Shown piece by piece: positions 13,878-23,020 of a DNA stretch of 40,452 bases (position 1 is its first letter; each line of letters begins with the position of its first letter). The notes under the pieces are model-generated. The model was not told where the DNA came from. It made no database searches and worked only from the letters and a program-made list of their open reading frames with translations. Location: positions 1 through 40,452 of the forward strand of contig CBEVQU010000001.1 in NCBI GenBank assembly GCA_965552115.1. The letters are read 5' to 3'. This DNA is from an uncultured bacterium. GTDB taxonomy: Bacteria > Patescibacteriota > Minisyncoccia > Minisyncoccales > CAZLLZ01. Made by a program: the position numbers and the translations under genes.

Positions 13878-15310
13878 TTTTTGAATTGATATGTTTCTGA
13901 TAAGAAAGGCAAATAAGGAGGGGGATCATAACTTTGTTTAGGATCATAAATATTCTCCCTTTTTTTATAACCTGAAGCTATTCCTCCCCAACCATAAACC
14001 CATTGTGTTCCTACTCTTTTATTACTTACTATAGACCCAAAGATCTCTAAATTCTCTTTAATACAATCTGCAGGATATAGCCAACAAGGATAATGATTCC
14101 TACCAAAATGACCAGTTTGAGCTAAAAAGATACCATTTAATTCCATATTATCTGGAGAATTAAGGGAAATCAAAATATTGTGCTGGCCAACTAAAAACAA
14201 TCCATCTGACCCATCTTTTGTAGAATAAGTAATATTTCCTGGCAACCAAACATTAGTTTCAAAAGGAGTAGTTAAGTTAGCAGAAACTATAGTTACTTTC
14301 CCTTGAACGCTCCCTTCGATCCATAAATCATCTTCTACAAATACTAAAGCACATTCTTCAGAAAGAGGAAATTCTCCTAAATAGGTCTCGTTTTCTATAA
14401 TAGAGTCCTCCCAATGCCAACCTTCTTCTAAAGAATATGAATAAACGCTTTCTAAAGAATTAATTTCATATACTTTTATAAAAGTCCCATTCAAAATAAT
14501 ATGGTACCCTTTTCCTCCAGATGGTGGAAGATAAATTCCTTTTCCTTGATTAGCAGTTAAATCTCTTATTTCAGCTAAATCAACAGTTATCCCTTCAAAA
14601 TCAAAGGGAGGAACAGGATATCTAAAAAGTTCTTCTCTCCCATTAGCGGTAGTGAAAACACCTGGACATTTACAATCTGTCCCTTCTAAATAACAACCAG
14701 CGGAAGTAGGGCAAGGAGAACATCCAAAAGAAGATGTGCAAATCCACTCTTCTTTAGCTGAAGTAACTAAAGAATTATTTTCTCCATCCATTCTAATTCC
14801 TCCGTTTGAATGATAAGGACCTTTAATTTCTCTATCTGCTCCTGCCCAAACATTAGAATTTAAAATGTAAGCATAATCAGCGACAGTGGAGTGAATATAA
14901 TTAATACTTATTTTCCGCTTAATTTCTGGAAATTCTTCTGTCCATCCAGTAGAAGTAATCTTTACTGCCATTACTTTATTACATTGAACTTTTCCTTCTA
15001 TCTCTAAAGAAAAAGTCCCTTTTACTTTTTGTTGAGGATCTTGATAAGAATGTTCATAAGGACCACAGGTAGAACAAGGAGGACTTTGACAGCACCAATC
15101 ATTTCCATCTTGCAAATCATCAGGAAAATGTTGAAGATGCCACCTATAATAATTAATTCCTGCTTCTGCAATATGCAAAGCTTCATTCCAGGCAACTTTT
15201 CTTAAAGATTGCCGATGTAAAAGAAAAAGAAATCCTAAAATCCCAGCTAAAAATATCAAAAATATACTCCCAAAAACCAATACTTGAATGGTAATTTGGT
15301 TTTTTCTCAT
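13859..15310 (-). CDS. PilX-like large minor-pilin-type protein, Cys-rich
   Basis: N-terminal hydrophobic helix (ITIQVLVFGSIFLIFLAGILGF) then ALHIAEAGINYY, which resembles the PilX N-domain. Cys clusters DWCCQSPPCSTCG and CTSSFGCSPCPTSAGCYLEGTDCKCPG. Confidence 0.5.
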   Translation of the reverse strand: MRKNQITIQVLVFGSIFLIFLAGILGFLFLLHRQSLRKVAWNEALHIAEAGINYYRWHLQHFPDDLQDGNDWCCQSPPCSTCGPYEHSYQDPQQKVKGTFSLEIEGKVQCNKVMAVKITSTGWTEEFPEIKRKISINYIHSTVADYAYILNSNVWAGADREIKGPYHSNGGIRMDGENNSLVTSAKEEWICTSSFGCSPCPTSAGCYLEGTDCKCPGVFTTANGREELFRYPVPPFDFEGITVDLAEIRDLTANQGKGIYLPPSGGKGYHIILNGTFIKVYEINSLESVYSYSLEEGWHWEDSIIENETYLGEFPLSEECALVFVEDDLWIEGSVQGKVTIVSANLTTPFETNVWLPGNITYSTKDGSDGLFLVGQHNILISLNSPDNMELNGIFLAQTGHFGRNHYPCWLYPADCIKENLEIFGSIVSNKRVGTQWVYGWGGIASGYKKRENIYDPKQSYDPPPYLPFLSETYQFKNWQELP

Positions 15311-16302
15311 AGATTCGTCTTTAAATTTCTTAACTGAACATCAGAAATCAATATAAAATCATCTGGAGGTCTATTAGGATTAACATTAACAATTAATTTC
15401 AATCTTAAATAAGTTACTCTTTCTAGATCTATGGGTGGAGATAAAAGATTATTTTCTGAGTCATAATAGTAAAAAATAGGCTCTCCTCTAAATTCATTCA
15501 TTATATTTTCTGAGATGGTAAAAAATTGTTCCGTCTCTTTTTGATATTTAGGAGGGAAACCTGTAGGATCTATCACTCCTTTTTTAAAAGAAGCTTTTTC
15601 TTCGATTAAACCTTTCTCTTCCCACAAAAATTCTACTCTCATTTTAAAAGAGTGGTTTTCTTCCATCCAATCACAAAAAGGATCTACTTTAGAGGAAGAT
15701 AGAGCTGAAATTTCTAGAGAGTTATCTTGAGCAATATCTTTTACATTGAAAACAGTAAGATCTTGATAACTTCCGGCACATTGACCACATTCGCTACCGG
15801 TACAAAGAGTTCCTAAATAAACACCATCTCCAAAAATATCTATTGTTTCATTAGGACTATTCAAATCTCCTTCAACACTTACTCTTATTTCAGCATCTTC
15901 TAACTCATTTTCTAAAAAATCTGAAAAGGTAACCGAGCAACTTCCTCCTTTTGTAAAACTGACGCATTCTTTTATTAATTTCCCTTCTTTTCCTCCTGCA
16001 GGAACAAGAAAATATCTTACTCTCTCTATCTCTTTATCTTTATCAATATCAGAATAAAAAACTAACTCAAAATCCTCTGCTTTTTCAATGGCAAAAGATC
16101 CATCTTCCCCTGTAACTGCTTCTCTAATTTCTTTAACCATCCACTCTATTCCTTTTCTAGCTTCTGAAATAGCAACAGATTGTTGAAAAGTATAACTTTT
16201 TGTTTTATATAAGAAAACTACTGCACTCCCTACTGCGCTTATTAAAATGGAGAAAATAAATATTATTACAATTGCTTCTATTAAAGTGAAACTCTTTTTC
16301 AT
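15307..16302 (-). CDS. PilW/GspJ-like minor pilin with prepilin-type N-terminal domain
   Basis: MKKS-FTLIEAIVIIFIFSILISAVG (N-methylation-type motif, with Ser where Gly is usual at -1). Cys cluster LCTGSECGQCAG. Confidence 0.6.
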   Translation of the reverse strand: MKKSFTLIEAIVIIFIFSILISAVGSAVVFLYKTKSYTFQQSVAISEARKGIEWMVKEIREAVTGEDGSFAIEKAEDFELVFYSDIDKDKEIERVRYFLVPAGGKEGKLIKECVSFTKGGSCSVTFSDFLENELEDAEIRVSVEGDLNSPNETIDIFGDGVYLGTLCTGSECGQCAGSYQDLTVFNVKDIAQDNSLEISALSSSKVDPFCDWMEENHSFKMRVEFLWEEKGLIEEKASFKKGVIDPTGFPPKYQKETEQFFTISENIMNEFRGEPIFYYYDSENNLLSPPIDLERVTYLRLKLIVNVNPNRPPDDFILISDVQLRNLKTNL

Positions 16303-18101
16303 TGAGGAGATAATGTTAAAAATATTTGAGCATCTGAATTGTTTTCAGGTGTGACATCGCCTGAAATATAAATTCCATCTGGATCTTGATAATCTTGGTA
16401 TCCTTCTGCTGAAACAGATAAGTTATAATTTCCCTCTTCTAAAGGAATAAAGAAAGCTTCCCCTTTAGTATCTGTGAGTTTGGTTTCTTGATATCCTTCT
16501 TTGGACAAATTTACTTGTGCCCCAAAAATAGGCTGAGAAGTATCTATGTCTAAAACTCTTACCAAAAGAGTATTTTCAGCTTCAAGATAAAGAGTAACAT
16601 TTTCTGTCGTATTAGGTAAAAGAGGGATTGGCTGAGGAGAGGGAACTATTTCCACAAGATCCAGATTTTCTCCTTCCTTGGTAAAGTTAGAAAAAGTATA
16701 AAGATCGGGCTCAATATCGGAAATAGAAAGACTACCATCAGATTGAGTAATAAGATTTTTTGAATACTTAAAAATCTTATCTCCTTTATCATCTAATCCA
16801 ACGATTTTCTGACCATTTAAATGAAAGCTTACTTTTCCAATTGGGAAAGATTCTTTAGTAAAGTAAGACAAGCTCCAATTAAAAACGGAAGGGGTATTCG
16901 CTAAATTTAGAGTAGATAGGTTTCCCTCTATTTTTAATTGATTATAAATCTGGGGGTCTAGATTACTCAAATCTACAGGAGAAGAGCTAAACCCTTCTAA
17001 ATTTCCAGGTAGATCTTCTTCAGGAATTAATTCCCACTCTTCCCCAGTAAAATAAAGGAGTTGACAAGTAAAATCTGTATCTGGTAAAAGAGCAAAATCA
17101 AAAGAAAGCTCTCCCCATCCTTTCAAAGAAGAAGGAGAAATAGGAACAGAGAGGAAATATCCTGAAGAATAATAATCTCCATTACTTTTAGCTAGCTTTA
17201 CTTCTCCATTCTCAATTGATACATTTGAACTTTCTGATATCTTTGAAAGATCTTCAAATTCGTCTAAAAAAACTTCTTTTCCTCTCGAAGATCTTGTCTG
17301 GACTAAAAAGGTACTTAATTGATCAATTAAAAAGCTCTTTTGGATAATTTCTCCTTCTAAAATGGTGGCATTTGGTTTCTCAGGAACATAAACAACTTTA
17401 CCTTCATACACATCTCCTTCTCGAAAAGTTTCATCTTTGGAATAACCTAATTTTGTAACGGTAATTTTATAATTTTCACTTTTGCCAGGCTGAGAAGGAG
17501 GTAAGACAATATAACACTTTTCGCTTAAAGATGTAATGCAGTTCTTTTCTAATTCAGAAAAAACATCTTCCACCTCTACATTTGCTCCTTCTATTAGTTC
17601 TCCTTGAGAATCAAAAACCTGCACTTGTAATATCCCTCCTGAAATTTCGCATTCTTGAATTTCATCCTTTGGAGCAATGTCTGTTGAAAGAGAAACTTGC
17701 CCTGGATATTTACCTTGCCAAGAAACAGTCACTGTCGCTCTTTTATAATCATTAGGACAAGAATCTTCGGGCTGAGCAATTCCATCTCTCTCATCTGCAA
17801 TAAAATCTACTATTGTTGAGATAGTAAAATTAATTCCGTTAAGAGTAGTATTTTCCGAAGGAGGAATTTCTCCGGCAGGATACCCTCCTTCGATACCTAT
17901 TTTGTTATAAGGGAGATTCCTTATCTGTTCTATTTTTTGATTAGCTAAAGAAGTAGCTATCACCCTTGCTTTTGACTGAAAGAGAATTTTAAGTGTCAAT
18001 TTATAAGCCCCGAAAATTCCAAAGAAAAAAAGGCAAAAAATGAAAATTCCTACTAAGACATCTACAAGAGTAATTCCTTTTTTGAAAAATAGTTTTTTCA
18101 T
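16299..18101 (-). CDS. PilV/GspI-like minor pilin fused to a large beta-sandwich-rich extension
   Basis: MKKLFFKKG-ITLVDVLVGIFIF (Gly at -1, Asp at +5) and a TVTVSW strand. Two carboxypeptidase-regulatory-like segments (ILQVQVFDSQGELIEGANVEV; VRVLDIDTSQPIFGAQVNLSKEGY...GNYNLSVSAEGY). Confidence 0.55.
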   Translation of the reverse strand: MKKLFFKKGITLVDVLVGIFIFCLFFFGIFGAYKLTLKILFQSKARVIATSLANQKIEQIRNLPYNKIGIEGGYPAGEIPPSENTTLNGINFTISTIVDFIADERDGIAQPEDSCPNDYKRATVTVSWQGKYPGQVSLSTDIAPKDEIQECEISGGILQVQVFDSQGELIEGANVEVEDVFSELEKNCITSLSEKCYIVLPPSQPGKSENYKITVTKLGYSKDETFREGDVYEGKVVYVPEKPNATILEGEIIQKSFLIDQLSTFLVQTRSSRGKEVFLDEFEDLSKISESSNVSIENGEVKLAKSNGDYYSSGYFLSVPISPSSLKGWGELSFDFALLPDTDFTCQLLYFTGEEWELIPEEDLPGNLEGFSSSPVDLSNLDPQIYNQLKIEGNLSTLNLANTPSVFNWSLSYFTKESFPIGKVSFHLNGQKIVGLDDKGDKIFKYSKNLITQSDGSLSISDIEPDLYTFSNFTKEGENLDLVEIVPSPQPIPLLPNTTENVTLYLEAENTLLVRVLDIDTSQPIFGAQVNLSKEGYQETKLTDTKGEAFFIPLEEGNYNLSVSAEGYQDYQDPDGIYISGDVTPENNSDAQIFLTLSPQ

Positions 18102-18103
18102 AA

Positions 18104-19318
18104 TTATAAGGCTTCCATCATTGAATAAAGAGGCTGAATCATCGAAACAGCGAAAAAGCCAATAGTAGCTCCTATCATTAACATTAAGACAGGTTCTATA
18201 ATTGAAGCTAAATTTTTGGTCATATTTGTTACCTCTTCCTCAAAAAAATCTGCCAATTTTTCTAAAATCTTAGAAGTCTCTCCTGTTTCTTCTCCTACTC
18301 TTAACATTTGAACGAACACTTGAGGGTAAATTTCATTCTCATTAAATTTCTCGAAAGAATCCGAAATCTTCTCTCCTTTTTCTACTTGTTTAGCCACTTT
18401 CAAGAGAACCTCTTTGAAATAAAAATTAGTTACTATTTCAGAAGTAATTCTTAAAGAAGAAACTAAAGAAACACCAGAAGCAACTAAAACACTTAAAGTT
18501 CTTGCAGTATAAGCTGTATTAAGTTCTTTTATAATCTTTGAAAAAACAGGAAGTTTTAAAGAGATTTTATCTAAAAATCCTTTTTTTCTTTTTTTAGGTC
18601 TTTTAATCATAAAAAGAACAAACAAGATAAAAAGAGGTAAAATAAACCAAAACCGAGCAAGAAAACTTCCTGCATTAATAACTAATCTAGTAGTAAAAGG
18701 TAATTCTATATTCAATTCTTCGAAAGTTTCAGCTAGCTTCGGTACTACCACAATTAACATTAACATTCCTATTCCTAACATAGCAGAAATAACTATCGCA
18801 GGATAAATAAGAGCTCCTTTCACTTTTGATCTTAAATTATAATTTCTCTCCATTTGAGTAGATAAATTTTCCAAAGAAGACTCCAAATTACCTGTCTCTT
18901 CTCCTACCTTTATCATACTTATGAAAATGTTCGGGAAAATATTAGGAAAATAAGAAAGGGCTTTAGAGAAACTTTCGCCTCTTATTATCTTGTCTCTTAT
19001 CTCAAGAATGATTTTTTTAAATTTTTTATTTTTTGTTTGAAGAGAAAGAATCTTTAAAGCTTTCGGGAGAGAAACTCCACTTTCTATCATCACCTTTAAA
19101 TTTCTAGTAAAGAAAAGTTTCTCTTTTAAAGAAATCTTTCCAAAAAGAGAGAAAAAAGAAGGAAATTTTTCTTCTTTCTCTTTCTCTTTTTTCCAAGAAA
19201 CCAAAATAAGACCTTTTTCTCTCAAGATTCTAAATAAATCTTTTTCATCTTTTGCTTCAATTAATCCTTTTTTCTCCTCTCCTTTTAAATTTTTAGCGAA
19301 GAAAGAATAAAGAGGCAT
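18104..19318 (-). CDS. pilC: PilC/GspF-family platform protein
   Basis: Two T2SSF repeats, three TM segments, conserved C-terminal EPVLMLMIGATIG. Confidence 0.9.
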   Translation of the reverse strand: MPLYSFFAKNLKGEEKKGLIEAKDEKDLFRILREKGLILVSWKKEKEKEEKFPSFFSLFGKISLKEKLFFTRNLKVMIESGVSLPKALKILSLQTKNKKFKKIILEIRDKIIRGESFSKALSYFPNIFPNIFISMIKVGEETGNLESSLENLSTQMERNYNLRSKVKGALIYPAIVISAMLGIGMLMLIVVVPKLAETFEELNIELPFTTRLVINAGSFLARFWFILPLFILFVLFMIKRPKKRKKGFLDKISLKLPVFSKIIKELNTAYTARTLSVLVASGVSLVSSLRITSEIVTNFYFKEVLLKVAKQVEKGEKISDSFEKFNENEIYPQVFVQMLRVGEETGETSKILEKLADFFEEEVTNMTKNLASIIEPVLMLMIGATIGFFAVSMIQPLYSMMEAL

Positions 19319-19319
19319 T

Positions 19320-21071
19320 TTATTCTGTTATTACTCTCAAAACTTCTTCAATGGTAGTAATACCTTGAGCAGCTTTAATTAATCCATCTTCTACCATAGT
19401 TATCATTCCTTCTTGTTTTGCTTGCTTTTCAATAACATCTGACGAACTCCTTTTTACAATCATTTCTTTGATAGTCTCTGTAACAAGTAAGACCTCGAAA
19501 ATTCCTATTCTTCCTTTATATCCTTCGGGGCATTCTTTAGATTTCTTCTTTTTATAAAAAGGAACTTTTTCAAGTCCCTGTTTTCTTTTTAAGATCTTCT
19601 CTTCCTTTAAAAGGTTTTCTACCCTTTCTATCTCAACATACTCAGATAAATTTTTGATTTCTTCTTTTTTGAGATAATATTTTTCTTTCTCACGGCAAAG
19701 TCTTCTTACTAATCTCTGAGCTATTACTAAATTTAAAGTAGAAGATAAAAGAAAAGGTTCCACTCCCATATCAATTAATCTAGGGATAGCTCCAGCAGCT
19801 GAATTTGTATGAAGAGTAGAAAGAACTAAGTGTCCAGTTAAAGCAGCATTAACTGCTAAAGAAGCTGTCTCTTTATCTCTTATTTCTCCTACCATAATAA
19901 TATCTGGATCTTGTCTCAAAAGAGCTCTTAAACCTGAAGCGAAAGTTAATCCTATTTTAGGATTAACTTGAGTTTGATTAATTCTTGGCATTCTATATTC
20001 AATCGGATCTTCAATAGTAGAAATGTTAACTTCTGGAGTATTTAAGATTTCCATCATTGAATATAAAGTAGTAGTTTTCCCACAACCTGTGGGACCTGTC
20101 ACTAAAATCATTCCTACAGGTTTTCTCAAATTTCTTTCTACTCTCTCTAAAGCTTCTCCTCTTAATCCTAATCCTTCTAAAGTGAAAGCTTTTGCAGTTT
20201 CAGGTAAAAGCCTTAAGACAACCTTCTCTCCATTCAAAACTGGTAAAATAGAAACTCTGATAGAATATTTGTATTCAGGAGTTTCTACCTTAAATCTTCC
20301 GTCTTGGGGAAGTCTATGCTCATCTAATTTTAGATTAGATAAAACTTTAATTCTAGCTACAATTCCTGAATGAACATTTTTTGGTAAAACCATTGCATCA
20401 TGTAATATTCCATCAATTCGATACCTTACTATCACTTCTTTCTCCATAGGCTCAATATGAACATCTGAAGCTCTCTGTAAAATAGCATGCTTCAAAAGAG
20501 TATCTACTATTCTTATAATAGGGAGTTCTTCTGCTACCTTTTCTAATTCTTTTTGCTCTTCTTTTCCTTTTTTTTCTTCTCCTATTACTTTCAATCCCTC
20601 TGCTTCTTTTTTTATAATCTCTCCAAATTCTACTTCTAGAGTTTTTTGATATTGTCTCAAAACATTTTTGATACTTTCTTGAGTGGTAAGTCGAGGTAAT
20701 ATTTTTAAATTAGCTTTCTTTTTAATAAATTCTATTGTCTGTAAATCCTCTGGATCTAACATCGCCACTTCTAAATTTTTCCCTTTTTTTCTAAAAGCAA
20801 CAATATTGTGAGCCCTAGCAACAGGCTCTGGGATTATTTTAAGGACTTCTGGATCAACAATTGTTTTCTCTAAATTCACAAAAGGAATTCCTAAAATATA
20901 AGCCTTTAATCTAGTCAATTCATCTGGCTTTAAATATCCTTTAGAAATTAAAAGGTCCTCAACCTTCTTTCCGCTCTTTTTTGCCTCTTTTAATAATAAA
21001 TCAAACTCTCTCTCTTTTATAATCTGAGCGTCTGCTAAAAAAGCCTTTAATTGATTAGGTTCTATTCTCAT
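19320..21071 (-). CDS. pilB: PilB/GspE-family assembly ATPase
   Basis: Walker A GPTGCGKTT, Asp box/Walker B DPDIIMVGEIRD, His box TGHLVLSTLHTN, N-terminal GspE-N-like domain. Confidence 0.9.
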   Translation of the reverse strand: MRIEPNQLKAFLADAQIIKEREFDLLLKEAKKSGKKVEDLLISKGYLKPDELTRLKAYILGIPFVNLEKTIVDPEVLKIIPEPVARAHNIVAFRKKGKNLEVAMLDPEDLQTIEFIKKKANLKILPRLTTQESIKNVLRQYQKTLEVEFGEIIKKEAEGLKVIGEEKKGKEEQKELEKVAEELPIIRIVDTLLKHAILQRASDVHIEPMEKEVIVRYRIDGILHDAMVLPKNVHSGIVARIKVLSNLKLDEHRLPQDGRFKVETPEYKYSIRVSILPVLNGEKVVLRLLPETAKAFTLEGLGLRGEALERVERNLRKPVGMILVTGPTGCGKTTTLYSMMEILNTPEVNISTIEDPIEYRMPRINQTQVNPKIGLTFASGLRALLRQDPDIIMVGEIRDKETASLAVNAALTGHLVLSTLHTNSAAGAIPRLIDMGVEPFLLSSTLNLVIAQRLVRRLCREKEKYYLKKEEIKNLSEYVEIERVENLLKEEKILKRKQGLEKVPFYKKKKSKECPEGYKGRIGIFEVLLVTETIKEMIVKRSSSDVIEKQAKQEGMITMVEDGLIKAAQGITTIEEVLRVITE

Positions 21072-21084
21072 TTTCTATTTTTAA

Positions 21085-21456
21085 TTATTCTTCGAGAGTC
21101 TTTTTTACTTTCTCTACAACTTCCTCTAAAGAATAGCTCGCTTTTACCAAATAGGTTGTTGCTCCAAGCTCTAAAGCTTTCTGGACTTCCTCTAAAGTCT
21201 CAAGGTTAGTTAGAATAATTACTGGAATATCTTTAGTAGTTTTTTCCTCTTTAATCTTTTTGAGAACTTCTAATCCATCAAGTTTAGGTAGTATAAGATC
21301 TAATAGAATAAGATCAGGCTTCACCTTCTTTGATAACTTTAACCCTATTTCTCCATCTAAAGCAGAGAAAACCTCAAAGCCTTCTCTTCTAAGATATTCT
21401 CCTAAAGTTTTTTGAAGAGCTTGTTCATCTTCTATAAATAAAATTTTTTTTCTCAT
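21085..21456 (-). CDS. stand-alone CheY-like response regulator receiver
   Basis: Acidic pair (IEDEQ), phospho-acceptor Asp (LILLDLILP), conserved T (ILTN) and K (YLVKA). No output domain. Confidence 0.85.
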   Translation of the reverse strand: MRKKILFIEDEQALQKTLGEYLRREGFEVFSALDGEIGLKLSKKVKPDLILLDLILPKLDGLEVLKKIKEEKTTKDIPVIILTNLETLEEVQKALELGATTYLVKASYSLEEVVEKVKKTLEE

Positions 21457-21461
21457 TGATT

Positions 21462-22394
21462 TTATTTATTAATAGGAAGAGTAAACCAAAAGGTTGAACC
21501 TTTATTTTCCTTAGATATAAAACCTATTTTCCCTCCTGATTGCTCTATTATTCCTTTGGTAATAAAAAGACCTAACCCTGTCCCTTCAGTTTGAGATTTA
21601 AGAGCATTTTCAGACCTAAAGAACTTTTCAAATATATATTTTTGATCCTCTTTAGGAATCCCTACTCCCTGGTCTTTTATTTCAAAATAAACCTCACCAT
21701 CTTTCTTTCTCAATTTTATTCTCACCTCTCCCTTCTGTTTGGAATATCTGATTGCATTATCTAAAAGATTTTCTATAGCTAATTTTATCTTCTTCGGATC
21801 GCAAAGAATTTCTGGAATTTTTTTCTCTTTTTCAAAAAAAATCTTCACATTGGAAGCTTCACTTAAAGGAGCGAATTCTGAAATTACCTCAGAAATTATT
21901 TTTTCCAAAGAAACTTTCTCTTTCTGAAATCCAATTTTTCCTTTTTCTATTTTTGCTGCCATTAAAAGATCGTCTATTAGTTCTGTCATTCTCTTTGAAT
22001 TCTCTTTAATAATATCTATATATTGAGCATATTTTTCTTCAATATGATCTAATTTTCCAGAAAAGATAAAATCTATAGCCCAATTCAAATTGCTCAAAGG
22101 AGCTCTTAATTGATGAGAAACAATTTGAATAAATTCAGTCTTCAACCTTAAAGCTTCAAAAATTTTCTCAAATCCTTTCGTAAGAAAAAAAGATAAAATA
22201 AAAAGAATTCCAGTAATTAGAATGACTATCAAAGCAACAATTCTTTCATCTTGAATGAATTTGTTCCCAATGGCAAAAATAAAAATGCCCGAAATAATAA
22301 TCAATATTCCCATTATTGAAAAAATAAAAGGAGGGCATTGATAAATTGGAATTTTATATTCTTTGCATTGAGAAAAAGAGGTATTTTTTTTCAT
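21462..22394 (-). CDS. membrane sensor histidine kinase
   Basis: Two TM helices, H-box SHQLRAPL, N box LLDNAIRYS, G boxes DQGVGIP and GTGLGL. Confidence 0.85.
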   Translation of the reverse strand: MKKNTSFSQCKEYKIPIYQCPPFIFSIMGILIIISGIFIFAIGNKFIQDERIVALIVILITGILFILSFFLTKGFEKIFEALRLKTEFIQIVSHQLRAPLSNLNWAIDFIFSGKLDHIEEKYAQYIDIIKENSKRMTELIDDLLMAAKIEKGKIGFQKEKVSLEKIISEVISEFAPLSEASNVKIFFEKEKKIPEILCDPKKIKLAIENLLDNAIRYSKQKGEVRIKLRKKDGEVYFEIKDQGVGIPKEDQKYIFEKFFRSENALKSQTEGTGLGLFITKGIIEQSGGKIGFISKENKGSTFWFTLPINK

Positions 22395-22400
22395 TTTTTA

Positions 22401-22409
22401 ATTATATCA
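22401..22409 (-). promoter_or_regulatory. extended -10 promoter element TGATATAAT for the HK/RR/pilus operon
   Basis: TATAAT at 22406..22401 is preceded by TGA. There are exactly 6 nt (TAAAAA) before ATG 22394, so the predicted +1 is the A of the ATG. Confidence 0.5.
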
Positions 22410-22414
22410 AAGAT

Positions 22415-22443
22415 TTGCTTTTTAAAAAATAAAATGCTAAAAA
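22415..22443 (+). promoter_or_regulatory. candidate promoter (TTGCTT-N17-TAAAAA) for tRNA-Pro/tRNA-Gly
   Basis: -35 at 22415-22420, -10 at 22438-22443. 9 nt to tRNA +1 at 22453. Confidence 0.4.
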
Positions 22444-22452
22444 ATATTTAGA

Positions 22453-22526
22453 CGGGGCATGGTGTAATTGGTTAACATACCCGCTTTGGGAGCGGGCGAT
22501 TCCCGGTTCGAGTCCGGGTGCCCCGA
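22453..22526 (+). tRNA. tRNA-Pro, anticodon UGG
   Basis: Acceptor CGGGGCA/TGCCCCG, A73, anticodon stem CCCGC/GCGGG, loop TTTGGGA, T-arm CCCGG-TTCGAGT-CCGGG. Confidence 0.9.
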
Positions 22527-22534
22527 TAAAGAAA

Positions 22535-22606
22535 GCGGGTGTAGCACAACGGTTAGTGCACCAGCCTTCCAAGCTGGAGATGGGGGTTCGACTCCCCTCA
22601 CCCGCT
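22535..22606 (+). tRNA. tRNA-Gly, anticodon UCC
   Basis: Acceptor GCGGGTG/CACCCGC, U73, anticodon stem CCAGC/GCTGG, loop CTTCCAA, T-arm GGGGG-TTCGACT-CCCCT. Confidence 0.9.
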
Positions 22607-22607
22607 C

Positions 22608-22642
22608 AAAAAAAGAAGCCCAGAAATCTCTGGGCTTCTTTT
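22608..22642. terminator. bidirectional rho-independent terminator (tRNA-Gly on + / hup on -)
   Basis: A7, then GAAGCCCAGA-AATC-TCTGGGCTTC (10-bp stem, 22615-22638), then TTTT. There is a U-run after the hairpin on both strands. Confidence 0.7.
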
Positions 22643-22661
22643 AATTCTTTTTTTCACCTAT

Positions 22662-22934
22662 CTATTTTACTGCGTTCTTTAGATCTTTCCCTGGTTTAAA
22701 CTTAGGTGCTTTTCTAGCAGGAATTTTTATTTCTTCTCCAGTTTGAGGATTCCTTCCTGTTCTTGCTTTTCTTTTAACTACTGTAAAAGTTCCAAATCCA
22801 GTTAAAACTACATCTTTTCCTTGAGAAAGAGCTTTTTTTATCTCTTCTAATAAGACATTTAAGCAATCTGAAGCCATTCTCTTGGAACAACCTACCTTCT
22901 TAGATAAAATTTCTATAAGATCTTGTTTTGTCAT
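22662..22934 (-). CDS. hup: HU-family DNA-binding protein
   Basis: 90 aa with the HU arm GFGTFTVVKRKARTGRNPQTGEEIKIPA. Confidence 0.9.
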   Translation of the reverse strand: MTKQDLIEILSKKVGCSKRMASDCLNVLLEEIKKALSQGKDVVLTGFGTFTVVKRKARTGRNPQTGEEIKIPARKAPKFKPGKDLKNAVK

Positions 22935-22984
22935 GTTTTTTGAAAATTTTTCCTCGACCTTTTATTTTAGATTTTCTTTATAAG

Positions 22985-22993
22985 ATTATATCA
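22985..22993 (-). promoter_or_regulatory. extended -10 element TGATATAAT upstream of hup
   Basis: Same 10-mer TTGATATAAT as at the HK promoter. About 50 nt upstream of ATG 22934. Confidence 0.4.
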
Positions 22994-23020
22994 AAATTCT
23001 TCTTTCTCTCAAAGATCTCC

